Made by a program: the position numbers and the translations under genes. A stretch of 64,000 bases of DNA from Camelus ferus (taxonomy: Eukaryota): positions 89,716,001 to 89,780,000 of the forward strand of contig NC_045697.1 of NCBI RefSeq assembly GCF_009834535.1, in the 5' to 3' direction. The number at the start of each line of letters is the position of its first letter. Within the stretch, counting starts at the first letter, position 1. Positions 11,956 through 26,015 of this stretch are shown piece after piece. Under the pieces are notes generated by a model. That model did not search any database and had not been told where the DNA came from. It worked only from the letters and a program-made list of their open reading frames with translations.

Positions 11956-13535
11956 ATGTAATCTTTCATTAAATTTTTAGCCTGGCTCTTTGTTCTTAAC
12001 TATTCTATTTACCCTTTGACCCAGTGATAAAATAGTTATGTGCAAATTCTTTTTTGTAGTTACAATCGTCAATGGAAAGATTAAAAACAGTAATTAGTAA
12101 ATATGAGGGGTTGGCATGTATTAAGTTGTGATTATGTAAAGTGTGATTAAAGTCAGATAAAGTGTAGGTATCTCCCATACATCTTATTAAAACGTCAATC
12201 CAACCTCAGTGTGCAACTGTCAGATTTATTTACATCTGCTCTGTGTTCGAGCAGTAGTCAGTCTCTCATCATTCATTTTTGGACTGTGCAATCTTTCTTT
12301 ACCCTCCCTGCAGCCATGCTGTACACCCCCATATTACTTTGTACAATAGATGTTAAGTTAAATAGAGTGTTCACCAAATATACGTATATGTACATTTAGC
12401 TGCTGCTGTTTTTAATGGCAGCTCTCCAGATTAACACAGTAAGAAAGAAAATTGTGTGTTCTCCAAAATGCCTGATGTCTGTGAAAACTGTATCTATACA
12501 AGCTGTTCACTCTGTCATGCTGCCACAGTAAAAGAGAGTTTACAAATTCACCAAGATTTTTAGAGGGAGAAAATAAAATTTCTAAGCTTGATACTATTTG
12601 GCAAATTTTCCCCACTGTTGAGACGTGACTTGTCTTATGGAAAATTCCGTATTAAATGAGCTGCAGTGTTCCAAATTTTCAATCCTATTGTATGGGCTAC
12701 CTTTATACCTGCCCAAACAGATTTTTCCATACACCAGAAACATAAATTAGACACAAGCACGACGGGAGTCAATGTTAGTAATTACTTACTTTTGAAAATT
12801 GTTATTTAGGATTACGTACAAATAAACCTGAAATTTCCATCTCTAATCTGCACCCAGAACTTGGTGTCTGGATAATTCAAAATTAAAACATTTATTTTTA
12901 AAACTCCATGTTCAGTTAAGGTTTAAAAGGGAGTATAAAGGAAGAGAAATACTTCATTTTTTTCTGCTGTTACTATTTAGATGAGTAAAATAAAACTAAT
13001 CATATGGGTATTAAGGTCTCCAGTATCATTTATGAAATCTTGGGAAAAGTCTTTTATTTAATGTGAACTTTTTTCTAGCCAGAATCAAGCACTCTTTTAA
13101 AGAATTTTTTATTATAATAGGCTAAGTTTCCAACTAATTTGTAATTTGACTGCAGCTGCCTAAGGACAAGTCCAAAATGTATCTTCTAAATGCATGTTTC
13201 AAATGTATATTTTCCAAAATGCATGGTTCTGTTTCCTTTCTAATTTTCCACTTCCATCAGACGCAAGTTCCTTTTGACCAATAAATAATTTTACACTTTC
13301 CCTTTTACTATGAACTAAATGAAGTTCAGAGATAAAACAAGCCTTTATAAATCTTATGGTGTGACTCATAGGATAAGTAACAAAATAGTTACATCATTTC
13401 AACAATTTTATATGTTTGTATTTAAGTGACAAAACCCAGAAGTTATTCTGAATAGGAAGTAAGGGAAAATAAAAAGCAAAATTAGGTGGGCATTAAATGT
13501 ACACTTGTATTAAGATAAGAAGTGATCATCTAAGA

Positions 13536-13690
13536 GGGGAGGATATCGCTCAGGGGTAGAGTGTGTACTTAGCATGCAGAAGGTCCTGGGTTCAATCCCT
13601 AGTGCCTCCCTTAAAAATAAACAAATAAACAAACCTAATTTCCTCCCCTTCACAAAGAAAGAAAGGAAGGAAGAAAGGAACAAAGGAAGA
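13536..13690 (+). mobile_element. tRNA-derived SINE, camelid Vic-1-like
   Basis: tRNA-Ala-like head ggggaggatatcgctcaggggtagag (A box), ggttcaatccc (B box), then aaataaacaaataaacaaacctaatttcctcccc and a GAAA-rich tail; TSD-like aagtgatcatctaa (13520-13533) / aaatgataagctaa (13691-13704). Confidence 0.85.
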
Positions 13691-14174
13691 AAATGATAAG
13701 CTAATCTTACTTATATATAAGAGAAAGAGGGTAAGAGAAAATGCCCCAAGTCAGAATTCCATGTTACTGACTGTAGAGTGAAAAAACTAAGATGGGGAAT
13801 ACCTATCTCATGTTGGCAATAAAAGTATTAACATGTTAATTAAAGTAAATATATACAAAATACTTAGCAAATGCTTACCAAATGCTTACCTCCCTTTCTA
13901 GTTTATTTACCAATAATGTTACAGCATTAAAATGACACACTTACTGATTGACTAGACATGAGCTCCTGAGTGAATTCAAATGTCTAACATCATCAATAAA
14001 ATACTTTTATTCTAATTAGCCTTCTACCTACACACTGATTTTCTCCTAAATCACTAGATTCTTTGTGGAAGTTACTATAATTTTGGCTTTCAGCATTATC
14101 CTGTCCAGATGTACAGACACAATTTACATTTGAGATAAATTTTGGCCACAGAATACTCATAAGTTGTGTGGTCT

Positions 14175-14330
14175 GTGAGAAAATTCTTTGTTATGCAGGA
14201 CTGTTCTATGCATTGCATCCCCGGCCTTTGCCAAAGCCTGTCCCCAGTCATTATTACCAAAAATCTCACCAGTCTTTTCTATGCTCCCTCTTCCCCAGAG
14301 GTGTGCTGCCCACGGGAAGCACTACTCCAT
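14175..14330 (+). mobile_element. MER20-like hAT-Charlie non-autonomous DNA transposon fragment
   Basis: aattctttgttatgcaggactgttctatgcattgca...ccccagtcatt...accaaaaat...gggaagcact. Confidence 0.55.
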
Positions 14331-14739
14331 TCGACACTGGAAACTGAGGAAGCTGTTAAATACAGGGCAATATGTGGCTTGGAATGACTCATTGGAGTAA
14401 CAGGAGATTTTGTATTGAAAAGAATTTATTAAGTACATATACATATATATTACAAAAATTACCCATCACAGAAATAGGGTGACATAAAAATTCTACAAAC
14501 ATCACCACTGTGTCCTGGTACTAAACTCTTCCTTTTCTTTGTCCAAGGGTCTGATCTCATACCAGCCTTCCTTTGTTCAATTTATTTTCCTTGGTACTTT
14601 CTAGTCTTTTTCTTAATTATGGTTCAATATTTTCCCTCCCAAAGACTACACTATCTGCACGACCACATACTAGTACTCAGTCAGACATCATCTTCCACTC
14701 ACTTCCTAACAGAGGTCTGTCCTGGACCTATTTGTCTTC

Positions 14740-14968
14740 AGGAGCCATCTCACCTCTTCCACGTCACTTCCCCATCCTCCAACAGCCATTCTCTACCTCA
14801 TCACTCCATTTTATTTCTGCTGAAGCATCTACACTATTTTGTTCCTCCCTCACCAGAATGTAAGAAGGACAACAACCAATACTATGCTATCCAAAATGAT
14901 AACCTCAGTGCCTAGAATACTGCCTGGTGCATAGTAATTACAGCAACAGGGACCTAAGTGAATGAGTG
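14740..14968 (+). mobile_element. L2 3' end
   Basis: caccagaatgtaag...cctcagtgcctagaatactgcctggtgcatagta...tgaatgagtg. Confidence 0.7.
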
Positions 14969-15979
14969 CATCTCTTCTTTCCTGGAAAACAATCACCAAT
15001 ATCTTTACAACTGATCTCCACTTGTCTCTAATGTCTACAACTGCTGCTCGCCTTTTGTACAGATCTGACAAAAAGCTACATGTGTGTGGGTGGGGGTCCT
15101 GTCACAGCTTCCAAATTAATGTTAAAGAATAATGTTGACATTCATTCCAAACCCAGTTCTTTAAACCGTCCAAATGTTTGTCTTGTATCTAAATAAAATA
15201 CACAACTTCTAATTATCTAGATTTTTTTCCTAGAAAAGTATATATGGTTGAAACCACTGAAAAATATGCTGGTGTTACTTCTTCACATTTTTTACTTACT
15301 ATTGGTTCTTTAAATCTCATTTTAGTATTAAATAATTTCCTCCAAATGAAATAGAAATACAGCCATTCCTGGTAGTTTACTGATTTTACCAAATTATTTT
15401 TCCTTTCCAGATGCCATGGTTTTATGCAGGTAAATGATCCTCTCATTACCAGATGGTATGAGAAAGAAACTGCTTCAGGGAGGTATATGATATAAGCCTG
15501 TACATTGACTAGCTATAAAAAAGCAAAACTTTGTAAACTAGCCAGTAAAGTATCTGAACTCAGTCAGCAGTGTGGACTTGGGAATGCAAACACTGAACTC
15601 CCCATCTCACCAGATGTGGACATTCCTAATGGATGATAAGTTCAGTCAACCAATAAAATGTTTTCAACTTAAAGCTTAAAGTAGTGATTATAATGCTAAT
15701 GTTCTTTGCTTAGAAAGGACAAGTGAAGGAGAAAGATACAGAGAAAGAAAAGCAAATCATCTTGCAAAGCAAATATTTACCAGACTAATTCTTCATATAG
15801 CCTATTTTTAGACTTTCACAACGTATAATATGCAAGATATAAAAGAATTACATAAAGATTGAGATAACTGCTGATTGTATTTATTATCACTTCCAACCTA
15901 ACCCCAATCACTCGTTTAATTGCAGTGATTGTAAGTGTGATTGTAAAAGAGGCATTTATCACAAAACTACTTATCAAGT

Positions 15980-16520
15980 TGATGACTCCCAAATATTTAC
16001 TCTCTCCTGATTTGAGATATTCATACTTGAATTTTCAACTATTAACATCAACTTAGCATGTATACAACTAAATTCAATCTCATCTTTGTCTCTAAATAAA
16101 TCATCTGGCTGATTCCTCTGTTCATCCCATCATCACGGATGTAAACTTTAAAAAAGAGAATTACTCTCTGACTCCTATGCTCCCAGCCTTGTCACACTTG
16201 TCAGCAGTGGATTCATTATTTTCCCTTTACTTATCTTATTATTTCAAGTATCTGTCTTCTTTTCCACTCCCATTCACCTGCGGAGCCTCATCAAATGGAT
16301 CTGTGAACTACAGAATGAACTTCAGACTTTGAATTTTTCAACCTCTGTAAAGTATATTATAGGTGAATCTGAAAGCCATGTTATCTGTGTAGCATTATTC
16401 TCTTCAAGAACAGTAACATATTCCCCCACCCCCAACCCTTTTTTTTTTTTTTACCTCTGGAATGAGTCCAGATTCATTGAAATAGAAAGGATCCACTATG
16501 ACCTAGCTTTACCCATTCGA
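15980..16520 (+). mobile_element. L2 internal fragment
   Basis: gatgactcccaaatattt...caacttagcatgt...actctctgactcct. Confidence 0.5.
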
Positions 16521-16689
16521 CCCAAAAAATGTGATGTGAACTTATATCCAAATAGGAGATCTCACATCTTTATTCATTCTTATTATTTTTCAAACTCTGA
16601 TGGGAGGAAATATGATTCTCAGTATGCTCTCCAGTACCACAGGACCCAGCACTGGAAGAGTATAGTAGAGACCCACAGCCTATGCTAAA

Positions 16690-17860
16690 AATCAAAAAAG
16701 CAATCTAGAGAAATTGACAGTGCTGGAGGTATTATGTTCTATGATTTCAAACTATAGTACAAAGCTACAGTAATCAAAACAGTATGGTCTGGCACAAGAA
16801 CAGACACATAGACCAATAAAATATAATAGAGAGCCCAGAAACTAACCCATACTTGTATGGTCAATTAATCTATTATAAAGGAGGCAACAATATACAATGG
16901 GAAAAAGACAGCCTTTCAATAAATGGTATTAGGAAAACTGGACAGCCACATGCAGAAGAACCAAATTGAACTAGTTTCTTGCACCATATACAAAAATAAA
17001 CACAAAATGGGTTAAATATTTCAGTTTAAGACCTGAAATGATAAAACACCTAGAAGAAAACATAGGCAGTACACTCTGACATTGGTCTAATAATTTTTTT
17101 GTGTATGTTTCTTCAGGCATGAAAAACAAAAGCAAAAATAAATGAATGGGACTACGTCAAACTAAAAAGTTTCTGCACAGAGAAGGAAACTATAAACAGA
17201 ACAAAAAGTCAGCATGCTGAATGGGATAAAGTGTTTGGAAATGATATATCTGATAAGGGGTTCATATATAAAATATATAAAGAACCCATACAACTCAAAA
17301 TTTAAAAAGTCTGATTTAAAAAAAAATGGACAGAGGACCTGAATGGACATTTTTCCAAAGATGTATAGATGGCCAATGGACAGATGAAAAGATGCTCAGC
17401 ATCACTAGTCACCAGAGAAATGCAAAACAAAATCACAATAATACCACCTCATGGTTGTCAGGATGACTATCATCAAAAGCTCAAGTACCAAGTTTTGTGA
17501 GGATGTAGAAAAAAAGGAAACATTGTGCACTATTGGTGCAATAACAAAACAATTTCATAGATACAGAGAACAATCACGTGGGTGCTAGAATGGAAGGGGG
17601 GATGATAGCGGAAATATATACAGGAACTACAAGTATGTACAAACCAACAGTTATATAATAACTAAGTTATAGAGATGTAATACAGAGCATGAGGAATATG
17701 GTCAATAATACTGTAATAACTTAATATGGAAATAGGTGGATACTAAACTTATGGTGATCATTTCAAAATGTATGCAAATGTCAAATCACTATGCAGCACA
17801 CCTGAAACTATCATAATATTGTATGACAACCATATTTCAATTTTAAAAAGAGAAAAATAA
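16690..17860 (+). mobile_element. 5'-truncated LINE-1 with internal deletion near 17538
   Basis: ORF2 3' motifs (tacaaagctacagtaatcaaaacagtatgg, atatctgataagggg); 3'UTR ending cacctgaaactatcataatattgtatgacaaccatatttcaat plus A-rich tail. Confidence 0.92.
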
Positions 17861-20800
17861 AGAAATATAAAAGTAAAAAGATTTTCCAAGTTGTTTTGAT
17901 TGCTTTCTACTCTGAGTCTTCATATCATAGACTGAACTTTAAAACAAGTTGTTGAGTGTGTGTATATATATAATTTTATACACACACACACACACAAATA
18001 CATAAAATTTTTCTTAATTCCATAATATAAAGAAACTCAGACAAGGATAGTTTTTCTAGTTCACTTCATTCTTTTTACTGATCTTACACAATTCATTCAC
18101 CAGATCACCAGTTTATCATGAAAAATACTGTTGCCACTTTACTTCAATTCCTTACATTGAAGTTAATCTGCAAACCTAGATCCTTCCCCTTGATTACAGA
18201 TGAAAGCTATTTCTCTTATCCTGTTTCAAGGTATATATTCAAATTTTCTTAACAGAGAAGCTATAATATTTTTACTCTTGATTCTACGCCATAAAAATAT
18301 AAACACAGCATTTGTACATTTCCTCACCAGTGTATATTACTTTTAAAATTTTCATTCCAATTCACTGATCTTTATACAGTTGTCATAAAACTAAAGTATT
18401 GTGCAATGATTACCTTGAATGCATGGTAATTAGTTACATGACTTGAAATATATGAAAGACATAAATGAATTCATAGACTGAACTGCTCTAGAGTGCCACA
18501 AAAAACCAAGAATGTGGCTCTATGTCAACATCAAATTTCACTGAGATTTCTGAATTCATTATGGAAAAAAGATACAGTAATCATTCAATTAACTTATTTG
18601 AGAGATATTCTTTCCTATCTAGTTCCTATTTGGAATTGGAATAAAACTCAGTACTCACAGCACTCATCCCAATCATTGTGGAATCCTCCTACATTTTTAA
18701 AGTCAAATTGCTTCCATTCCAATCCTATCTACTCCTGGCTACACATTGCAGGTTCTGTGACTCCAATTCAGATTTTTCTTATGACCACTAACTTTGAATG
18801 TGGACTAATATGACACTTAAAATTTTAATTTTTCAAATAGATTTTACTTTCCCTCTCTGACTCTTGGTATCCCATATGGCACCAGTAAAATTAAAACCAT
18901 CTCTGCCCCTGGGGTTAAACAGAGCTAAGGCCTACATCCTTCCCAGAGCAGCTCTGGCTCCCAAGAAAGCAAGGGGCTCAGACAATTGATGAAGGTACTG
19001 ATGGTTCACACCATGGGAATTTGTTTCTCAAGTGAAGTCTAAAGTTAGCCCCCATACTGGAGGGAAGAAGAGATAGAAGAAAGAGGAAGATCACTCCAAA
19101 GGAAGATTGCTTAGGAAATAGTCTTAAATCATCAGCCCAGAATACCAGTTTTTTAGGTCCTCAGTAAACTGTGCTACATAGTTATCCAAAATCTGGCTGA
19201 GAAAATTATTTAGGGAGATGACAAAAGGGATATTATTTGTTTTTATTCATTTAACTACTCTAGTTTTATTTGAAGGATTATTTTGGCAGCAAGAATTTTG
19301 CCACATTTTTTAGTCCATATTACCTGGATTTCATGCAGCATAATTTTCACTTACTTATTCTATAACATTGTCTTAAAATATCATTGAAAAATGCTGTAAT
19401 TCCAAGCCGTCTGATACCTTTTTCTACATGGTTATGAAACTGTGGGGAAACTATCTAAAATGTCTCAGTGTTCCTTCCCTAATATACTAGTCGGAAGCTT
19501 CTATTGGACTTAATACCAAGACAAGTTTTTGCTTCCCTAGGAAAATCAGCTTCTTCCTTCTTTTATAATGAAAGCAATGTAACATTCACAGATCCCACTT
19601 TGCCTTCACTGTCAGATATTTAAAAGCTTACTCACAGCAAGCGTACTGACAATTACTGTCAACATACTGCCTTTTTTTTTTCTTTTTCCATATTCATTCA
19701 CATTTTGATCATGTGCTTTATGTGATATGTTGGTCATATTTAGGGTTTATTCTGAGGAAGTTTTCACAGACCCATTTGGGAGTGTGACTGAGAATAAGTA
19801 CAAAGCAAATAATACATGGGGAGCACACACTGTGTATTAGATGTCTTTTTTTTTTCGTATGGAGGCTGTGTGAAAATGATACCACTTGATTGACTATGTT
19901 ACCAATAAAGTAACCAGGTTACTGATTTTTTCCTTCATAGAAATTTTGAGTTTTTGCTTTACTAACACTGAAGCTAAATGTAGCAATGAGGTAGTATCAC
20001 TATCTTAGTTTATAAATCAAGAGACAGAACAGAAAATTAAGCGCTCGGTTCATCAACAGGAAACGGCAGAACAGGTGCAAGGCCTTCCTGGGCCAGCATT
20101 TAGTCTTCTCTAATGTGTGGTTTTTACTAAATTCTTCATTGACAACTTTGGAATCACAGTTGGAAAGTAATTTATTCTATTCTCTTTTAAATGAAAACAA
20201 AATTATCACTCTAAGGTCAATTGTAATTTATAAAACAACTCCAAAGTTAAACTTAGCTTATTAACCACAACATATGCTTAAAATGACCCTGCAAATGCCA
20301 TATCTAACAACATTTAGGTTTTATTTATAAAATGCTATTTTTGTAGGTCACTTGACATCTTACAACCAAACATAAAATAATGTTTAAACCCTGTGAAACA
20401 TTCCCCTTGCATCTAAAGAAGTTATATGCCCCTAAAGCTAGTTTGCAAATAAAGGTTTTTTTTTCCCCTCAGGAATAAAAAAAAAAGCCACACATCTTTT
20501 TACCAGAAATTAAAATTATTTTGCACAGAAAATCTTGAGTAAATGTATTTTTAGACAAACTAGTCGTCATATTTTCTTAGAGTTTTACTGTATGCTTTGT
20601 AATCAGTATTTCTTCATTTGTACTAGTAATTTTTTCAGGTACATTTTTTTAATTCACAAAATCTCTATTAACCTTCTGTGAAAAGGTTAATTAAAAGCAG
20701 AATATCTCTTCATAATAATATTCACTTGAGTCAAGAAGTTTGAAGGAAGAAAATGACATAATGAATAATGTGCTTTGAAGCAGAATACTTCATAAAGTCT

Positions 20801-21529
20801 ATGATGTATTTGATCACAATTGGATTAATTGGGACTTAGCAGTGATTTCCATGAGTTCAAATATAGCTCAAAATTCTAAGGAGTCTGTTGCTTGACTAAT
20901 CTAGTATATTAAAACTCGTTCTTTGTCAGTTTTCAGGAATGGAGGGGAGGAGAAGAGGAAGAAACCCAAAAGAATTCCAATTTAGAATGACTGGACATGA
21001 TCTCTGCGAATAAATGGGTGCAAAGTTACCTTGTAATTTAAGGTCCTGGTTTGCACGTATTTTGAAGACCAAATAGTTGATCTATAAAGTTTATATAAAG
21101 TGTTTATAAGAATCTGATTGTAATATAATGCAACTTTCCTACAACAAAGAAGCCATATATGTCTAATGTAATTGTTTTAGGGTTATTTCTTTTACAATTT
21201 ACACTGAAAAACAGAAGGACAGAATTATCCATCTATGTATCTCTACCAGAGAAAAAGTTTTTAAATGGTTTGAGTACTTATAAATTAAATGAAACAGTGC
21301 AGATACTTAGAACCAAGGCAAAGAAATAAACCCCAGTATATCACTTGGTGTATATATTGCTGTTTGAAGATACTTAACTTTTTAAATCATTCAAACATAT
21401 GATCAACTAGAGTAAAGAGCTACTAGATTTTCTGATTTATTATTTTCAAATTATTTCCAAATATTCCAAATATTTCCAACTTTTTTTATCACATTGAATT
21501 TTTAAAATACAATTTAAAAACAATTACGA

Positions 21530-21725
21530 TTTATTGAATATGTGCAATGTTTTAAGACTAAGTAAATCACATATGTTTCTTATGTTACTTTCAAAACAAA
21601 TCTAAGACAGCTAATTTTATTATCCCATTTCAAAGATGAATAAACTACATTACTCAGAAAAGATGTACAATTATCTCAAGGACACACAGCTAGTGAAAGA
21701 TTAGATCCTTGAAGTCTGGCTAAAA
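21530..21725 (-). mobile_element. MIR
   Basis: tattatcccatttcaaagatgaataaact...ctcaaggacacacagctagt. Confidence 0.65.
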
Positions 21726-24259
21726 CCTTATTCTCTTTTTCAGTTCTTCATACAGTTTTCTTGATTATAGGAGTTTCTGGCTCATGTGATGCTTTATTTT
21801 ATTAATGCTAATGTTCAAACATCATCCTATAATGAGGAACAATTAAGAAAAATTGGGGGGATGTTTTTATTTACCTTAGTAATCTTCATCAAATGTAGAT
21901 TTAGAACAGTATTGTTGCTACTGTATAAAATGTGTTTCAAACAATACTACAGAACTACATTTTAAAAAATTAGACAGCATAAATTGTTTATAAGCTTTTT
22001 GTAAGGGTGATTTCTGTAGAAAAATCAGAGATCCTAAATCAATAATGTATAAGAACACGTATTTGATTGAGGCAGGGATGATCAAAAACATCTGCATGCA
22101 GTGCTAGGTATTTCCTGGAAAGAGAGACCTGGAATGATCTGACACAATAAAGGACAGCGCAGAATAAAAACTAAAATCACTGGTTCTTAAAAGAGTTGAG
22201 GATGTGAAAGAAAGGAAGGAACGATACATTTGCCAACTCTCTCTTGTTTAGGCTTCGTCTAAGCATCCCTCATTGTAGTACATGTTTTCCTCTGTCAGAG
22301 ATTTACAAATATTTTCTATACCCTTACTTGTGTATGATAGGTATTACAGAAAGGTGAGAGCAATCTGGAAGTAAAAGGACCACTCAGAAAAAATGTATGA
22401 AATACTTCTTCGAAAAGGTGTATAAACTTGGAACCAGGTGAGTGAAAGCGTTCTTCAAGCAAGAAATCAAGGCATAGACTGAGATAAAACCAGGCAGTGT
22501 TAGCAATTCTAAAAGTTGCAAAGTAAATGGTAATAGCAATGCTTTACCTTCCCTCTGAAACAAAGAGCCAAAGAAACAAAACAATCTAAGAAAGAAGGCA
22601 ATTGAGGAAACAGTAATATGCATGGATACGCGTCTGTAACATTTTTTCTCATCTCCCGATCATGCTCCTCTAGACAGATGACCTGAGGCTGCATCTACAT
22701 TCATGGTGCGACAGAATTAAGAAATCCTCTCTAGGTATTATTTTGTAAGGAGTGTATGTGTAGGGGAAGAGAGGAGTTATAGAACTAGATATTTCGAAAG
22801 AAAATACCTAAATATAGAACAGGCATGGAAATCCATGATAATTGAGGTAGTTTATCTGATGTAATCCTGGAAACCAATAAATTCAGACACACAATCCCAG
22901 AATTATGTATTAAGAGTTTCTTAAAAAGTTATTTAAGAGATGATCTTGTCATCTCTTTCACATCCCTGGTCCCACACATACTTAGTTTTCTAATAAAATA
23001 AATACAGCAAATGGAGTTTGGGAGAATTGTCTAAGATCATACAAATGATTAGCTGCACATCTGTACTGGAATTCATTTCTCCTGCCTGTCTGGGCAGTTC
23101 CTTAAAGTACTTCAAAACTCTGAAAAGTCCTGTAGGAATTCTGTTCATTTGGGAGCTGTTTTCAGCCCTCTACATCAACCTACATCTGAACTGTCTTCAA
23201 AGTGATCACCAATCAGCAGATTCCCCAGCCAACTGAAAAGCACCTGGGGGATCCAGATTGTCAAAGAATCATGTAAGTGGTTTGGAAATGTGTTTTAATG
23301 AGGTGCTTGTCCTATGGGGAAAAGGCTTGACTCTAATTAAAGATGATGCCAAGATTTTTTTTTTTGCAGTTTTGCTTAAGGATGATTTGGGGAGGTCTTT
23401 TCAGTTATAATAGCTATGACTCCACGTTTGGACAAACTTTAGGCAGAATTTGCAGTCCTACTAATACGTATCCAAACAACTATTATGGAAATTCCTACTT
23501 TAGTTTGTGAGAAGAGTGTTCTCAAACAAAGTTGCAGTGTTGACAGAAACATGTGGATTCTAAATTTATCAAATTACTGGAATTTGGAATTTTAAAAATG
23601 CAAACCACTGGGTTGCTCTAGGGACTGATAAATGAAAGCTGAAGAGGTCGTTTTAGAATGTCTCTTCCATGGACGTGGAAGCCTGATCTGTGCAAACGGA
23701 CAAAAATATTTATTCGAATCTCTTGCTCTGCTTCTAAATTTATCCTAGAAAGGCTTTTAGAAGTTATATTATGCCAGAGCTGAAGCTGTTTTGAAGATAA
23801 TGAGTTCAAAAGTTTCAAGCTCATTTTTAACTTCAGAAGCGATCATGTTTGTATTGTTGGTAAAATATTCTTTGGAAAAAGTAGCCCTGCTTTCACATTG
23901 CCATTAACTTTAGTAACTATTGAAATGATAGCCTAGCAAGTGTGAGTCTTCAGTTGTATCTCCCTTATATCATGACATACATATTCAGTTTTATTATTGG
24001 AAAAAAAATAAAAATTATGAAAAAGCTCAAGAGAGTATCTAACTATCACACAAGTTAATTTTCCTAGATTAATTTCAGTCCCATGATAATTGTGTGCTCC
24101 TTAACTCCATCATAAAGTATCTAGGCCACTTTTAACACTTTTTCAGGTACCACTGCTAAACTCTGCAACGTAAGTGAACAGACATGTATTTGTAAACATT
24201 TTATGAAACAATAGTTAGAGTCTTTTAATAAGGCATTACAGAATTGTAGCATACATGCT

Positions 24260-24940
24260 GCTGACTGAATATTCACAGAGCACTGAGCAGGAATGCCATG
24301 CTAGCCACTGGAGATATAAATGTTTCTATGACTTACTTCCTCTCCTCAAGGAGTTTAAAGCCTAGTGGGGGAGACAAGGTTATACACAAATAATTCCAAT
24401 ATTTTATTATTTATTATAATTATTTATTATAAATATATCTAAATTATTTATTATAATCCTTGTCACAACAAGATATTTATAAATTATAATAAGGGAGATT
24501 AAGAAAAGCTTGTTGGAAGCAATGTAGTGGTAGCCAAAAATTGAGCAGGATTTGGTAGGAATACAAAAACAGAAAAGCAGGTCCACAAACAAGCAGACAG
24601 AAAAAGCAAGACACAGTAAGTGAGGTAATTTCTTGTGGCTTTTTAATTCAGTGTGTTTGGGGGAGTACTGTATGACAGGAGATTAAATTTTAAGGTGGGG
24701 GGTACAAATCATACCAATAAACATGTACTTTATTCTATAATAATAGGAAGACATTTAAAGAGGACAGGAAAAATCAGATTTGCCTCTGTAGAATGACTAA
24801 CACTGGAATGAAAGGACCACCACTTCTGGTGATTTGTGAAACTATGAGAATAGAGAACTAAAGGAGAGGCCATCGAATTGAAAAGGATGAGATTTAAGCT
24901 TGGCTTGTTAAATTTAGCTTTGCAAATTTGAGGCATTTAA
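24260..24940 (-). mobile_element. L2 fragments
   Basis: tgactgaatattcacagagcac...ctcctcaaggagtttaaagcctagtgggggagaca. Confidence 0.6.
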
Positions 24941-25519
24941 TACAGTAAGGCATATGTATGAAATAATTTTAATTTTTTTTCCAATAACTGCTATGCTGCT
25001 ATGAAATTCTTGTTAAACATCTTATCTTGCTGAGTAGCAAGGATAATTAAGCTTACCAATCAATGACAACTCAATCTACTACAATAATTTTCCAGTAAAT
25101 TCCAGCTCAAAACTTTAAGAAAATTCAAAACATCCTCTCCAAGAAGCCATGCATAATTTCTGCAAGTACAATGAGCTGTTACCTGCAGAAAGACCTGGAA
25201 ATGGGGAGTGTTTCTTAGCATTTAAAGACAGACTTTCTCAATTATTGTAGAGTACAATGCCATTCTTTGATGTGACCTACTAGAAGGCAACTGCATGCAT
25301 ACTGATGACTTGACATAATAGGACTTTCAGATACAGAATAAAACACATGAATTTAAAATGATAAATTAAAAAATGAATTATGAAGGAATAAGGTCAAACT
25401 TCAAAGAGACCAGACTGATCGCTACGAATGAAGCAAAATTAACTAGAGATTAAAAGCGATTCACTGAATACATAAGTTAAGGTTGAATCAGGGGATCTGA
25501 GCAACTATGTCTAATGGTA

Positions 25520-26015
25520 AATAGAAATTTATGATAGGAAGTATATCTGGTACAAATATTGGGGGTCCTAGGGAAGTGAAAGTCTGGGAGTGGATGTGTA
25601 ATGAAAGAAAGAATTACTCATCAAGCTGCCTGACGTACCAACACAGGTGGTAAAGCAGGAGTCTGTAGGCAAACCCAACACACAAAGCGCATCCTGGCAC
25701 TACACTGGAGATGCAAACGGGAGGTCATCGAGCAGCTTACGGCAAACTCCTGTCTCCCTGAGTCCACAGTCTTCTGATGTTGGCCTTGGCCAGTGTTAGA
25801 AGGGCCATCATTTGAAAAAACAAACTGAAAAATGAACAGAAGACAAACTGGGACCCACTGAAGTCTGTCTGAGACTCACCTGACCATGCAACTTTCTGAG
25901 AATAAGGGCCACAGCTTTACTTCCACCTTCCGACGCCCACACATGCTTCTCTTTTGGCCACTCTAATCCATACCACACAGTCCAGCTACCACAACGTGGT
26001 GTTCTTATGATCATC
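25520..26015 (-). mobile_element. LTR40-like ERVL LTR (3' LTR of the adjacent remnant)
   Basis: gacaaactgggaccca...gctttacttccaccttcc...cttctcttttggccactctaatcc resembles recalled antisense LTR40; abuts the ERVL internal sequence. Confidence 0.55.

Noticed and set aside
13536..13610. tRNA-Ala-like sequence
   Set aside because: SINE head: mismatched stems, SINE body and tail, and a TSD.
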